Below are positions 40,733 to 53,175 of a stretch of 64,000 nucleotides of DNA, piece by piece; position 1 is the stretch's first letter; each line of letters starts with the position of its first letter. Made by a program: the position numbers and the translations under genes. A model generated the notes under the pieces. The model did not search any database. It had not been told where the DNA came from and was given only the letters and a program-made list of their open reading frames with translations. The stretch is from Owenia fusiformis (lineage: Eukaryota): contig CAIIXF020000001.1 in assembly GCA_903813345.2 (NCBI GenBank), positions 21,886,001 through 21,950,000 of the forward strand, in the 5' to 3' direction.

Positions 40733-41600
40733 ATCATATCTCAGTCAATATTTATCATTATATTATAAATTTGATAATTAATGAAAGCTTATAACCAGGG
40801 CATTACGTATGTGAATTTATTATTTTGGTCAGATAAAATACCAACCAGTTACGGGTGCTAAAGTTTTGACATATTTTTCATTAAAAATGCAGAAATGTGT
40901 ATCATTTTCGCGGGTTAAATAGGCTATTAAAACAAGTCGGGTTAAAAAATGTTTTTCACTCATCATTTAGCCCACATCGAGCTCTTTCCAATGGTATAAT
41001 TGTTTTTTTCTGAAACCCCTGAAGACAAATTTCTGCCAACTTTCTGTAACGACGAGTGAAAAATCATGGTTTTTCCCGCAAACCAATGACGTCGTATTTC
41101 TCGATTTTTATACCAAGATTAGATTTGATACGCGTATGATATTTGTTCACGGTCATATCTCGGTCAATATTCGTCATTGAATGATCATTTTTATAGTTAA
41201 TGAAAGCTTATTACAAGGGCAATGCGCATATGGATAAGTTATTTCGACCCGATTAAATACCACCCAGCTACGGGTACAAACGTGTAAAACATTTTTTCAC
41301 AGAAATTCACTGAAAATGCACAAATGTGTATCACATTCGCGCGTTAATTGGGCTATTAAATCTCGTCGAGTTAAAAATGTTTTTCACTCTAAATTTAGCC
41401 CACAATGAGCTCTCTCCAATGGTACGATTGTTTTTTTCTGAAACCTCTGAAGACAAATTTCTGCCAACTTTCTGTAACGACGAGTGAAAAATCATGGTTT
41501 TTACCGCAAACCAATGACGACGTCGTATTTCTCGATTTTTAAACCAAGATTAGATTTGATACGCCTATGTATTTGTTCATGGCCATATCTCGGTCAATAT
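40733..41600. repeat. Two diverged ~430-bp tandem units inside a larger CpG-rich repeat (~40500-42480) related to ~54100-55550
   Basis: GAAGACAAATTTCTGCCAACTTT at ~41021, ~41448 and ~54386. TAAGACCAAAA...AAATGGC block at ~42362, ~55244 and ~55460. Confidence 0.75.
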
Positions 41601-42591
41601 GCATTAATGATTCAGTATGAATCTAATACAACATAAACGAGTATCACAAGCACATCACATTGATGGACGTATTACATATGATCCGATGGAATGCAGCCAA
41701 TAAAACCAGGTTACGTGTTACCGTTCTTCACGCCAAATGCGTAAATGTGACTCGTTTTAGCGCATTAATTGAAGCATGGTTGGACATCAGTAAGAATTCT
41801 TTTCCAACTTTGAACAATGAAAGTCAAAATACCCGGCTTTTAATTTTACGTTGTGAGGTCGGCGGCCGTCTCTATTTCTCGATTTGTCGAATTATTTCGA
41901 AGGCATGTTTTATTCGAAAATGATCAGCTCACGTATACATATTCATTCATAGCATAATGACCCCTGTTTAGTCTCGGATGAGCTGTGAATGCCTTCTATG
42001 CCCGGCTTCAATTCAACAATTCTGCCGACGCCCCTAAGTCAACATGCAATTAAAAATCATCTTATAAAACCGCTATCAGGCTATGCAGATATAAATTTTC
42101 GAAAACACTATCTCGACAGATTGGTAAAACATCGTACTGGTAATTTCAGCATTATGTTCCGAGGAGCCACTCACCTAATAGCCATAATTTGCAAATTGTG
42201 CATCCTCAGTCTGTCAGCCGCTTAGCGTATGGATCAGTGACGCTGACCGCATATTGCACCTTTTATAATTTGTAGCAGTTTGCACAACGTCGACGTGCAA
42301 CTAGTTGGTGCAAGGAGGGTTGACTCCAAGAATTTCAGTTTTGGAATGTTTCGATAGGAAATAAGACCAAAATTCACGATCCAAATGTTGAAGTGAACAA
42401 ATGGCGGCTGTTGGAATTCGAATTTTGAAGCACATTCCCATATGAGACAGAATATGGATATTCCTTGCCCTTAGGAAAATCAATAGTGCATCGACTTTAT
42501 TTATTTAATAATTGAAAGGAAGTGAAGTTAACGAAATATTCGAATACAATACATACTGCCGAAAAAGCACATTTATTTCGTGGGTATTTAA

Positions 42592-42819
42592 AGGACCGCG
42601 AGTTGTTTGTAGAATGAATCTAGGGAGCTTGTTCATGCATTCCACTTGTGTTTTTCATCTAAAAAACATCAATACACTTTAAAACACTATGTAACAATAC
42701 TTGGGTGTTAATCCATAAATAATATTTGAAAATGAGATATTTTTGTGGATTATATGGTGCAATCTTAAAGTCAATTAAATGCTTTAAAGTGTATCATTCT
42801 ACAAACAACTCACGGTCCT
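42592..42819. mobile_element. Short MITE with AGG-starting TIRs (Kolobok-like)
   Basis: TTAA|AGGACCGCGAGTTGTTTGTAGAATGA ... TCATTCTACAAACAACTCACGGTCCT|TTAC. Confidence 0.75.
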
Positions 42820-43664
42820 TTACCCTACAAAACTCCCCTACCCTTCCGTGTTTTCCTGACGTTTTCACGAACCTTCCCTGTTCCACCTAACAAGACTCTT
42901 TTCCCCCATTGCTATACCCGTATACTGGTATACTGCCTATATTCTGTGCACAGGAGTTTCACACGGAAAATGAACTTATTTTAGGAAATATTGTGGAAAA
43001 AATTATACGTAGTAAATAATTTCTCAACAATATAGGCTGACCGTTGAATGCAATTATTCATTTATTTCATTTCATCAATACTAGTAATCATAAAATCATG
43101 ACGCTGACATGCCAGCATGCTGACATGGTTTTAATTCTAAAAATTAAGATAAAGTGCAGTTATATAGTACCAAATAATATTCATTCATAATATGCTAGGC
43201 TATGGAACAAATACTCAGTAATATGTCTTTTGTGGAGATCAATTCTGAAAAAGAGGGGTGGACCCCAAGAGCTTTAGCGATGACTGATGTATTAGTCTCC
43301 TGCCTACCACCTACCATGAGTCTGGGTATCGACTTAGAAAATATTGAAAATTGTAATGTCTGATAAACCAACTCAATCACACATATTATTAAACTTCGAT
43401 ACCTTCTATTCTGAGATTACAAAAATATCAATTTGTATCACAATTGATGAAGAATATTGGCATCAAAGACAAATCAATGGCAAATATTAAATGAATTATT
43501 TATACAAAAACTTTGAAACATATCCTCCAAAATATTGCGTACTTTCTTTGTATAGACATTGAATGGTATTTCTGGATAAGTGAATTGGTGTTTATCTGGG
43601 TAATCAAGGGATCATAGTCACTCAAAGTTACTGAGCATCCAGTTTTGAGACTTCAATTGTGTTA

Positions 43665-44012
43665 GTGAAGGATGATTCTCGGTTTGGAGAACAGTTTCTT
43701 GGGCTAATAATTTTTTTAATGAAAAATATAGAAATATTACCCAAATTAAACTATGAATATTCAAAAGAGGACATTTAAATCTACAAGATGTAAAAATAAC
43801 AAATTGGTCTGAAGGGAAAGAAGTTCATCAGTGTACTGCGATAATATTTTTTTGCGAAAAATCTAGAAATTTTACCCAAATTAAAATATGACTGTTCAAA
43901 AGAGGACATTTAAATCTATATTATGTAAAAAAAAATCAAATTTGTCCGAAGCAGGGATAATGCTCATTTAGATTGATGAACTTCGTTCTCCAAACTGAGA
44001 ATCGTCCTTTAC
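43665..44012. mobile_element. MITE with internal ~120-bp direct repeat
   Basis: AAGGATGATTCTCGGTTTGGAGAAC ... GTTCTCCAAACTGAGAATCGTCCTT. TTCAAAAGAGGACATTTAAATCTA occurs twice inside. Confidence 0.7.
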
Positions 44013-45745
44013 ACATATTTCAGTCAAATTCATGCTGAGCACAACATTTTGGTTTCAATATTATAATCTCTATACATGACCCTGGTGATGAAGATTCAGA
44101 ATCAGTCAAAAAAACCTAAACCGGAAAACTGTGCTCATTGTGCAAAACTAAAAGTGAAGCAACTTTTTTTCTGATATTTCTTACATCAAATGGCAGCCAT
44201 CTTGTTTTTCCCCCTTCAAATTAAACTGGCGGGAAATTCAAAAATTTGAAAAAAATTTTAATCCTAAAATACATTTCAAAAATATGATTTTCTTTTTAAT
44301 TCTTCATGGGTCTTAAGTTATTTCTCCTTTGTATGTCATACATGTTGCCATTGGTGTTTTTTCTATGATAATGACCCTCTTTATTTGTTCAGATACTTAT
44401 TCTGACTCTCAGCAGGGGGTTAATTTTGCATCAAAACTCGTGAAAAAGTAAATATACTTATCAAATATAACTAGGACAGTAATAAAAACCATATTTCACA
44501 TACATTTGACTGAGGGACCAAAAGGGCATATATCCGGACACATCCTTCTCACGAGTTAGTTTTCTAATATTACACGTCGTCGTGATGTTTAAATGGATGT
44601 AAGCATATTCATTACACTTTTCTTTATCTTGATGTGAAAATCCAAGCTACGATGTTATTAGAAAATTTGAATCCGCCATTTTTGTTTATCGATTTGGACC
44701 AATCAGAAGTGTACCAACTGTACGTCATCTCAATACATGTTTACATTATAAATGTAGTCATCTTTGAACTCTGGGGTTAATCCCCCTCCCCCCCCCCCCC
44801 CGATTCTGAAATATCTATGAATGAATACTCAGTAAACATGTGTATGGTAATATTTCTCAAATGTAAAGATTCTATTCTATGTTCTCTCAATGACAAATAA
44901 TGATTTAGACATTCTTATCAGAAGCTTATTCCATGGCTCAAAGGTTCAAACTAGCAATTATGCTATTAGACAGTGTTGTGAATGTAGTACAGTATCACAG
45001 CAGTGTAGTATAGCAGACAGCTCCAAGAGATACCTCAATCTCCCAATTCTTGATGGGCCAAGATTTACTGCATAACATAACACAAATCATTGTAATTTGT
45101 TGAGCTACTCCAGAAGATCATACTACTGCACATATTATCCACTGTCTATTTAAATTTTTCATTGAAATGAATCAGGAAGACTGGCAGTGTCATTTGGAAC
45201 TAATTCTCTTTAGTTCATGTTCATTATAGAATGAACTATATTCAGGTTTTGAATCCATGGAGGGAATTTTAGAACACATTCTGTAGCTTTCCTTCTTTTG
45301 TATCTGCAATTTTGCCGGATGTCAACTTCGTCAGCTTATCTTCAACTCCAGAGAATATGATGGCTACCTGTTCCTCTACTGCCATGGGGACTGCAAAGAT
45401 ATATCATAAACATAAAATTTCAAGGAAATGTGTGACAAATGAGTTGTCAAATTCACCTCTATTCTCTGCTCTGTTTGCCACTTCAATTTTAGTCCTTTTC
45501 TCAATGTTTTCGCCCACTGTGAGTTTTTGAAGTATCTTAAATGAATGCCCATGGGGTTTCACAAAGAGGGAAAAAACGTTTTCATACACCTTTTTCAGAT
45601 AAACGCCCATGGGCCTAAACGTGAGAAACTCTGGTAAATATTTATAACACACATGTGCAATGTGAAATAAGAGCATGTGCAAAACATGAAGTAGGCCAAT
45701 TAATATAATATTTTTGACCACTCTGTCGGACCAATCTTTTATCAA

Positions 45746-47125
45746 AACTACTAGTATGTGTCCTTAATATGTAAAATAATCATATACCATTTCAAATGTT
45801 GACCTTGACCTTAAGTTAAGAAAACATTAACTCAACAAGAAGCAAATCACAGTAAAGAAATTTTTTTTTGATAAATAGTGGTCGTCTTTCTCCTTGAACT
45901 GACCTTTTACCAGTTTACTGGTATTTCAATTTTCAAAAAACATGTTTTCTTGTAAAAAATAATGGCCATTTTGAAACTCAGCTGTCTTCTTGAACCTACC
46001 TATTTCATGGCTTAAATCTGATCCTACACATGATACAGACTTCAGGGACCCACATTGATGGAGGGATCTACTATAGAAGTCATTGATCTTAGGAATCTGG
46101 ATATGTGAATGGAGCTCTGGAAATACCCAAAAAATGTGTAAATTAGTGTAGATTATAACTAGTCTTTGCATCAGGATGCAATAAAGCACATGTTATGGGG
46201 AAAATGTAAGTTTCAAAATGGACGTTCTTTTTGTTTTGTATTTTGTTTACCAGTAATGAGGGTTGGCAAAACCTGTTCTGTATATACAGCATGTCCCCCA
46301 CCCCCCTAGGCAGTATGGGCCCCCCATAAGCAGACATATACCAATGGTTCCATTGCATGTGTCATATATCATTTAAAGCTTTGCACAAGCTTTAAATGTT
46401 GTCATAACATGTTGTCATGGCTTTTTGTACCAGCTAACTACTAGTATGTGTCCTTAATATGTAAAATAATCATATACCATTTCAAATGTTGACCTTGACC
46501 TTAAGTTAAGAAAACATTAACTCAACAAGAAGCAAATCACAGTAAAGAATTTTTTTTTTGATAAATAGTGGTCGTCTTTCTCCTTGAACTGACCTTTTAC
46601 CAGTTTACTGGTATTTCAATTTTCAAAAAACATGTTTTCCTGTAAAAAATAATGGCCATTTTGAAACTCAGCTGTCTTCTTGAACCTACCTATTTCATGG
46701 CTTAAATCTGATCCTACACATGATACAGACTTCAGGGACCCACATTGATGGAGGGATCTACTATAGAAGTCATTGATCTTAGGAATCTGGATATGTGAAT
46801 GGAGCTCTGGAAATACCCAAAAAATGTGTAAATTAGTGTAGATTATAACTAGTCTTTGCATCAGGATGCAATAAAGCACATGTTATGGGGAAAATGTAAG
46901 TTTCAAAATGGACGTTCTTTTTGTTTTGTATTTTGTTTACCAGTAATGAGGGTTGGCAAAACCTGTTCTGTATATACAGCGTGTCCCCCACCCCCCTAGG
47001 CAGTATGGGCCCCCCATAAGCAGACATATACCAATGGTTCCATTGCATGTGTCATATATCATTTAAAGCTTTGCACAAGCTTTAAATGTTGTCATAACAT
47101 GTTGTCATGGCTTTTTGTACCAGCT
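45746..47125. repeat. Near-perfect 690-bp tandem duplication (45746-46435 / 46436-47125)
   Basis: Near-identical ORF pairs offset by 690 in the track. Only about 3 differences seen by eye. Confidence 0.95.
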
Positions 47126-47252
47126 GTGGACCAACGATGCAGTCAAACACCTTGAAGTACTTTTTACAAACAAGCAAATTAAGGGACCCCTGAGCAACCA
47201 CACACCTGCCCATTAAATTGATCACAATATAGCACCTACGGTGCGATAATAA

Positions 47253-47504
47253 TATTGTACTCCCGGTAAGTTTTGCACGCTACTTTATTTTGGGCTTTTC
47301 GCAAAAATTGGAAAATTCGTGAAATTATAAAAGGCGCGAAAATTCCAGCAGTTCTAATTCGGGGATTTCAATGTTGACAATATTTTAATCCAGAGCTGGG
47401 CTATAATAGGTAAAAAAAAGCGAATTAGCGAAATGTAATAGTTGTGAAACAAAATGCCAAAAACGCAAAATATAATTGTGTCAAATATTAGTGGGAGTAC
47501 AGTA
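47253..47504. mobile_element. TA-flanked MITE related to family A
   Basis: TATTGTACTCCC ... GGGAGTACAGTA termini. Confidence 0.7.
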
Positions 47505-47519
47505 TATCATGAACATGTG

Positions 47520-47734
47520 CAGGCCCGTATCCAGGATTTGCCAAGGGGGGGGGGGTTCAATTTTCAAAAATTTCCAGGGGGGGTTCACATTTGACAATTT
47601 TGGCCCAAATTAGGCTAAAATCACTAGAGAAGTGCTAAAAATGGTCAAAAACTGCATGATTTTGAAAGAATTTTTGGCCAGGGGGGGGGGGGTTCGCCCG
47701 AACCTGCGAACCCCCCCCCCTGGCTACGGGCCTG
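47520..47734. mobile_element. MITE with G-runs; partial relative at ~17350-17480
   Basis: CAGGCCCGTATCCAGG ... CCTGGCTACGGGCCTG. Internal CATGATTTTGAAAGAA..TTTGGCCAG also occurs in a SPO11 intron. Confidence 0.75.
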
Positions 47735-48302
47735 ATGTATATCAGAATGTACCTTGACCTGCAAATTTATAATTTGAAAATGAACACTCAACTTAATTCA
47801 TGAAACATACTGTAGATACAGTTAATTATCACACTTAAGAACTGAGATTAAGAACTGAGTTTTAAGTTTTATCATTGATCTGGAAATCAGCATTTCAAAC
47901 TCAGGTGTATAGCATACAGTAAGTCTTGGTATAGCAATGAAATCCAAATAGAAAGGCTTACACAAATGAAATCTTTCAGAGATTTGGAGATTTTCCAAAA
48001 TACACCTGAAAATTGGTGGATTTTTGTTTGGCAGACCTTTTCAATCCGTCAAATTAAACAGTAGCCAAATTAAAGGTGCAACAATTAGTACATAGGGGGC
48101 ATTAAATGATCATTGACCAGTGTCAAAATATATTTAAGTTTGTATATTTCATCAAGACCAAAATTATTTTTTATTATCTCCTAAGAAACCCCCTGGATGA
48201 ACATTAGTTCAGCTGATATTCCTCTTGAAACGTTGTGAATCTTAAAATCTATGAATTGGGACACCCTTTATAGAAGCTTTGAACTGAATTTATACTGCTT
48301 AA

Positions 48303-51188
48303 AGGGAATGCGAAGTTTTGTCCCTTAAACTTGATAATAAGTTAGAATAAAGATATATCTTTCAATCCAACTTAGTTTTATTGTTCTATCATTATCCTTT
48401 TAATTGTTATTGAGCCCCGGGTTTTGCATATGAACTGGACCACGGAGCTGCCATTTCAACCGTAAAGTGGTTCTTTACGACAGTGTTATGACGTCATTGA
48501 TGCCAGATTGATGCCTTGGCATTCCAAAAGTTTTGTGGCGCCATTTTTGAATCAAAAAATGAATGCCGAGTTGTTGCCATTCCAAAACCAAAGAAATCAT
48601 TTCAAATGAACTAAAAGAATACGTTTATACCACCCATAATAAAGAACGATTTTAATAGAATATTAACGCCGGCATTTTTCGGAATTGCTTTTTACCTATC
48701 TAGACATGGAATGCAGGTTAGATTTATTCTTTATTTACACTTGAAACAATCTGGGATTCGTGACTTTTTAACTTTTATTAGGTCTAGCGCTAAATGCGAA
48801 CAGAGAATGCTAATTCTATCAGGCGAATGCAAACTATTTGAATAAAACATAACAAAATTAATTCAACCAACCCATCTTGAATTTCCAAGAATGCAATGGT
48901 TTAATTTGCTAGTCTCATTACAAAAATACGTGTTCGTACTTTAATATTCATTGCATTTCTGTTTATCTTTAACACAGGTATTCAAAGAAATTAAAATTTT
49001 AAAATTAGATTTTAAAACCGTATTCAATTACTATTATGGATTCTTAGCCTCACGTCACCATACGGTCTATCATTTCTGTGGTAAGTAGGATTTCTACGGT
49101 TGCCTAAGTATTTCTGCAGTCAGATAATTTAGCAGTCACATTTGCTAAGATAGCCGTATGGCGTATCTTGATTATGAGGAAAAACTACGATTTTCGTACG
49201 GCTGATAAATGATGACGCACGATCAGCGTAGGGCGGCCCTACGACGTGCGTAGCTTTTCTTGAAGGCATCCAGAAGGGGTTCTATATATGGTTCGGAAAG
49301 GTCAATTGTAACCTATGAAATCCAAGTAGCGCAACCGCAAGTCGACCGTGAACCCGACGTACGGTCGTCGTGAGACCTACGGTTTGGCTGCTGCTTGTTG
49401 ATATCTAAGGTGACCACAGGAAAGAAAAAGTTTGAACTCCGACTCTACGCCTTGTAAAAACTGGATATGTCGTGTACGTAGACAGCAAGGTGACCTTAAG
49501 TCGACTGTAGTTTTCCTGTGTTTGCCGCAGTTTACTGATTTCAGCGAAATACGATCGACGTGTGGTCGCATTGAACAAATGTGACTGAAGCTTTTGAAGT
49601 TCCACTTATTTTCCGATATAGAAAAAACAAAAGGTTGTATGCCATTAAATTTAAAATCATTATTTCGAAAATACTGTAGAACTGTACTTACCACGTTTGT
49701 TATATCATTAAATTCGAGCTCGAAATCAGGAATTGTTTTTAACAAAAAGTTATCAATACGGCAATTGCCTTATCGTCGTTGAAATGAAATATCATACTAC
49801 AATCGACCCCATCGTCTCCCCGCATCACTGAATGTTATGAGCCTTTTCTTGTCATGATCCAAGGTGAAATACCATTGCATTTTGAAAAGCTTTTTTGTCA
49901 TATCGAATGTCGCTACGGTGATATGATGATTGAAATTGGTCGTTTAACAACTGAGAAACATTAGACATTACGTATTATTCTTTGAAAATATGACAGTGGC
50001 ATGTCCTTGTAAAGCTATTGCGCATGCCAATCTTAATATTTAGGAGATTGACATTTACATACGTATCATTTAGACGACATCGATTTTTCGTTTTTTTTTG
50101 TTTGCGTTTTTCATCAGAATTTAAATGGCTAAACACTTTAGGGAGTTACTGTTTCATTGGATTACTACTTTCTGTTTTATTTCTTTCATTCTCCAATATG
50201 CACCTATTCATGCACCTATACATATTTGAATAGAATACTACAGATTGAAGAAATCTACCATTTATGATTAGGTAAGAAAGCAATTGCGACAGTATGCCTA
50301 TTTGCCGACGTATACCTTAAGGTTAATAATGATGTGCCGTAACTGCTCATCAGCGCATTAATGAACATTAGCATAGATTTTGATATTTGAAATGGTATGT
50401 CGTGTATTTACATAAATATGGTAAATGCAACTATTTGTTGGATGCGTTCAGCCGATGATACAACTTACTTATTTTCACCACAAATACGCCAACACATTAG
50501 CCACGTTAATCTTAGTTAAATAAATACCCATTGATGCACAGTAATGCATTTATGTGTAAATGCCATTTTGTATATTTTAATGCATTTACCTCATTTATTG
50601 GTTAAATATACAAGAAAGCATTTACAGGATTTGAACAGATTTATCCTTTTTAACCCAGTGTTATCATTATATAAAATAATTCTAGTGGATATTTTTCAAG
50701 TGGAATATTGCGATGACTTCCGAATCGCGCAGCCGATAAGTTTAGTGATTTTTCTACCTAGCCTATACTATATCACATTGGAGAAAATAAATACAAACAT
50801 TTGAAAAAATACATTGCAACAATTCAATTTCTATGAAGAATATATTGAAACAACTTTTCCAAATATATGATATGATATGGACATGAACATGCAGCAACAA
50901 TGTTAAGCGGACAGAAATAGTTATAAAATATCAGTGAAATGTGTTCTATTTCTGCGATCCGAGTATGACGTGATTATATAGCGATATTTCCCAGGCATCA
51001 ATTTTAAGGCATCAATGACGTCATTGATACATAACAATGGCGGCATCCGCAGCGATCCAGATATGGGTACTTTGAACTTGAATTATATGTTAGTTCAAAC
51101 ACGATATGTCCCATGAGTGAGCTGAAGTGATAGATGATGGTTATAAGTAGCCAGCGTGTAAATTAGAACATGAAACTTCGCATTCCCT
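48303..51188. mobile_element. 2.9-kb TIR element with TTAA TSD (Kolobok-like), within the pseudogene
   Basis: TTAA|AGGGAATGCGAAGTTT ... AAACTTCGCATTCCCT|TTAA (16-bp perfect TIR). Subterminal inverted ATGACGTCATTGATGCC (~48488) / GGCATCAATGACGTCAT (~51008). Confidence 0.85.
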
Positions 51189-52867
51189 TTAATGCTGAAA
51201 TTGATAGTTTATCCATACATTTCAAGAAAATAGATATGTCAAAGAAGATATAAAGCTAAATATTGACCTGATAGCTCAGAAAAAAATAAAAAATTTCGTT
51301 TCTCTCTACAGTCCTTGTTGCCCCTTTAAGTGTATCTACAGTACCCACATAATAGGACTTTCTCACCTGTTTTGCTTATCTCTGAAGTATTCTCACATGA
51401 TGTCACAGCCAAAGTAAGGAGTCAGGTATTAGAGAGGAGCAGCATCAGAAGGCCGTGCCAGATACAACAATGATGATGTACTTTATGGCATCTAAAGAAA
51501 TATTTAAACAAGTTGTTAGAGAAAATTAGTACATAGATGACAGGAAGGTTTATGGTTGTTTCAATACCTAGTATTACTCCAGTATCATCAAGGCAACAAT
51601 AAATATTTTTGAAGCAATCTATAACAAAGCATTAAAATGACAAAATGTAGCCACCTGGATGCTACATCTAATCTGAACACTAATAGTTAAATTTTTTCAA
51701 GTTCTAAGAATTTGTTATAGATGCTGAATGCTAACTGCTGACAACTGGATGCTGTCCACAGAAAATGTGAAGGCTATATAACATTCTAATATGATACGTG
51801 ACGTCACAATAGCTAGACCAATTGATTAACTGGTCTATATTGCAGTATGCATGACTGCTAAAATTCACATATGCAAATAGTTGTGTTTCTTGTCTGTTTA
51901 TCATATTAGAATCGTAACAAAGACCTCGATTTTATGATATATGTCAAATATATGACCTCAAATTTTATTCTGGCCATTGCCAAAGACCTCAATCGCTTCG
52001 CAATTTCGGTCTTTTAACAATGAGCAGAATAAAATTTTCGGTCATATATTACGCCATAAATTATAAAATCTTGGTCTTTATTCCTTAAATATCTCACCAT
52101 TTTAGTAGGTAGTGACATAAAATCAATGTGTGTACAAAAGTGTAACATCTTGAAGTCTCTGACTGCCAACAGCCTAATTTTAGTAACAAAAATGCTTTTA
52201 GCAATATCAAACATTCAGGTTTTTGATCATTTGAACCCACGTGAGCTAATATTATCATGACTTCAACTAATTTTAATGAACAAGGAAACAAACCTGCATC
52301 TTTGAGTTTCTTGAGGAACTGAGTAACCATAGATCATTTCTACTCAAGCAATCTGCATGGGTTCTTTCACTTCATGTTCATATAACACCCAGAGCTTTAG
52401 TACCCACTCTTTGCCTGCCTGAAAATCAAAGTGTGAAGAGCATTTAGTATACAGTCAGTTCTTGGATATGTTATGCATGGAAATAGTCCTTTTGCATCTG
52501 TAAAAAAGCATCTAATATTGAAATTTAGATTCATTCAAATGCTAACTTACCATCCTATTTGGCCAATGCAGTTGTGCTCTCTGGCTAATGACATTTTCAC
52601 TTCATTTTCCCCATAGAATATAAAAAATACCCTTCTCAAAAGTGAAATTGACTGAAAAGGCTATAAATATTGCCTATACCTAACATTAATAAGACAATAC
52701 ATTAAATGCAATGGTGCAAAGATAAAGTGTTTTGCACTGTAAACGGTGAAGTGGACTATTTGATAATTAAAAAAATTCACCTTTTATTGAAAAATGGTTG
52801 GATATTTGAATATTTGAAAAACATTTCTAATATTTTTGCTTATGTCTGTTAATTTTGGACCTTTTGA

Positions 52868-53175
52868 TAGTAAAGGCTTAAGAGATTTTTCTACAGTGAT
52901 GCTTGATCAAAATATGAAAATTTGAAAATGAATTCCACAGATCATCAAAAGCAAGGCTTTTTGGCCAGAGTTCAACTCAGTTCATAACACGAAAAAGTTT
53001 CACACCAACTGTTAAAATTATGAGAAAGCTGCTAGTAAAGGCTTAAGAAGATCTGGAGATATTTCATCAATGATGCTAGATCAAAATATGAAAATGAATT
53101 CCACAGATCAACTTGCTTTTATAAATGTCACTACATGAAAAAGTTTCACACCAACCGTTGAAATTATGTGAAAGC
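52868..53175. repeat. Imperfect ~165-bp direct duplication
   Basis: TAGTAAAGGCTTAAGA, GATCAAAATATGAAAAT, GAATTCCACAGATCA and GAAAAAGTTTCACACCAAC each occur twice in the same order. Confidence 0.75.

Larger units (their letters stand above)
45242..52615 (-). pseudogene. ATP5F1A: Unprocessed pseudogene of mitochondrial ATP synthase F1 alpha subunit; exon relics ~52551-52615, 52294-52418, 51367-51491, 45242-45390
   Basis: Relics translate, with stops and frameshifts, to RQRVGTKALGVI..VKEPMQ, *K*SMVTQFLKKLKDA/DAIKYIIIVVSGTA-SDAAPL*YLTPYFGC..M*EYFRD and PMAVEEQVAIIFSGV..GKIADTKEGKLQNV..FLHGFKT*. These match F1-alpha motifs. GT-AG boundaries retained. Confidence 0.88.

Noticed and set aside
43195-43380. 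Possible terminal exon (SKSIPRLMVGGRQETN...)
   Set aside because: No homology recognised and no linkable upstream exon.
45926-47048. Duplicated small genes (87 aa and 71 aa pairs)
   Set aside because: The pairing only reflects the 690-bp duplication; no coding signature.
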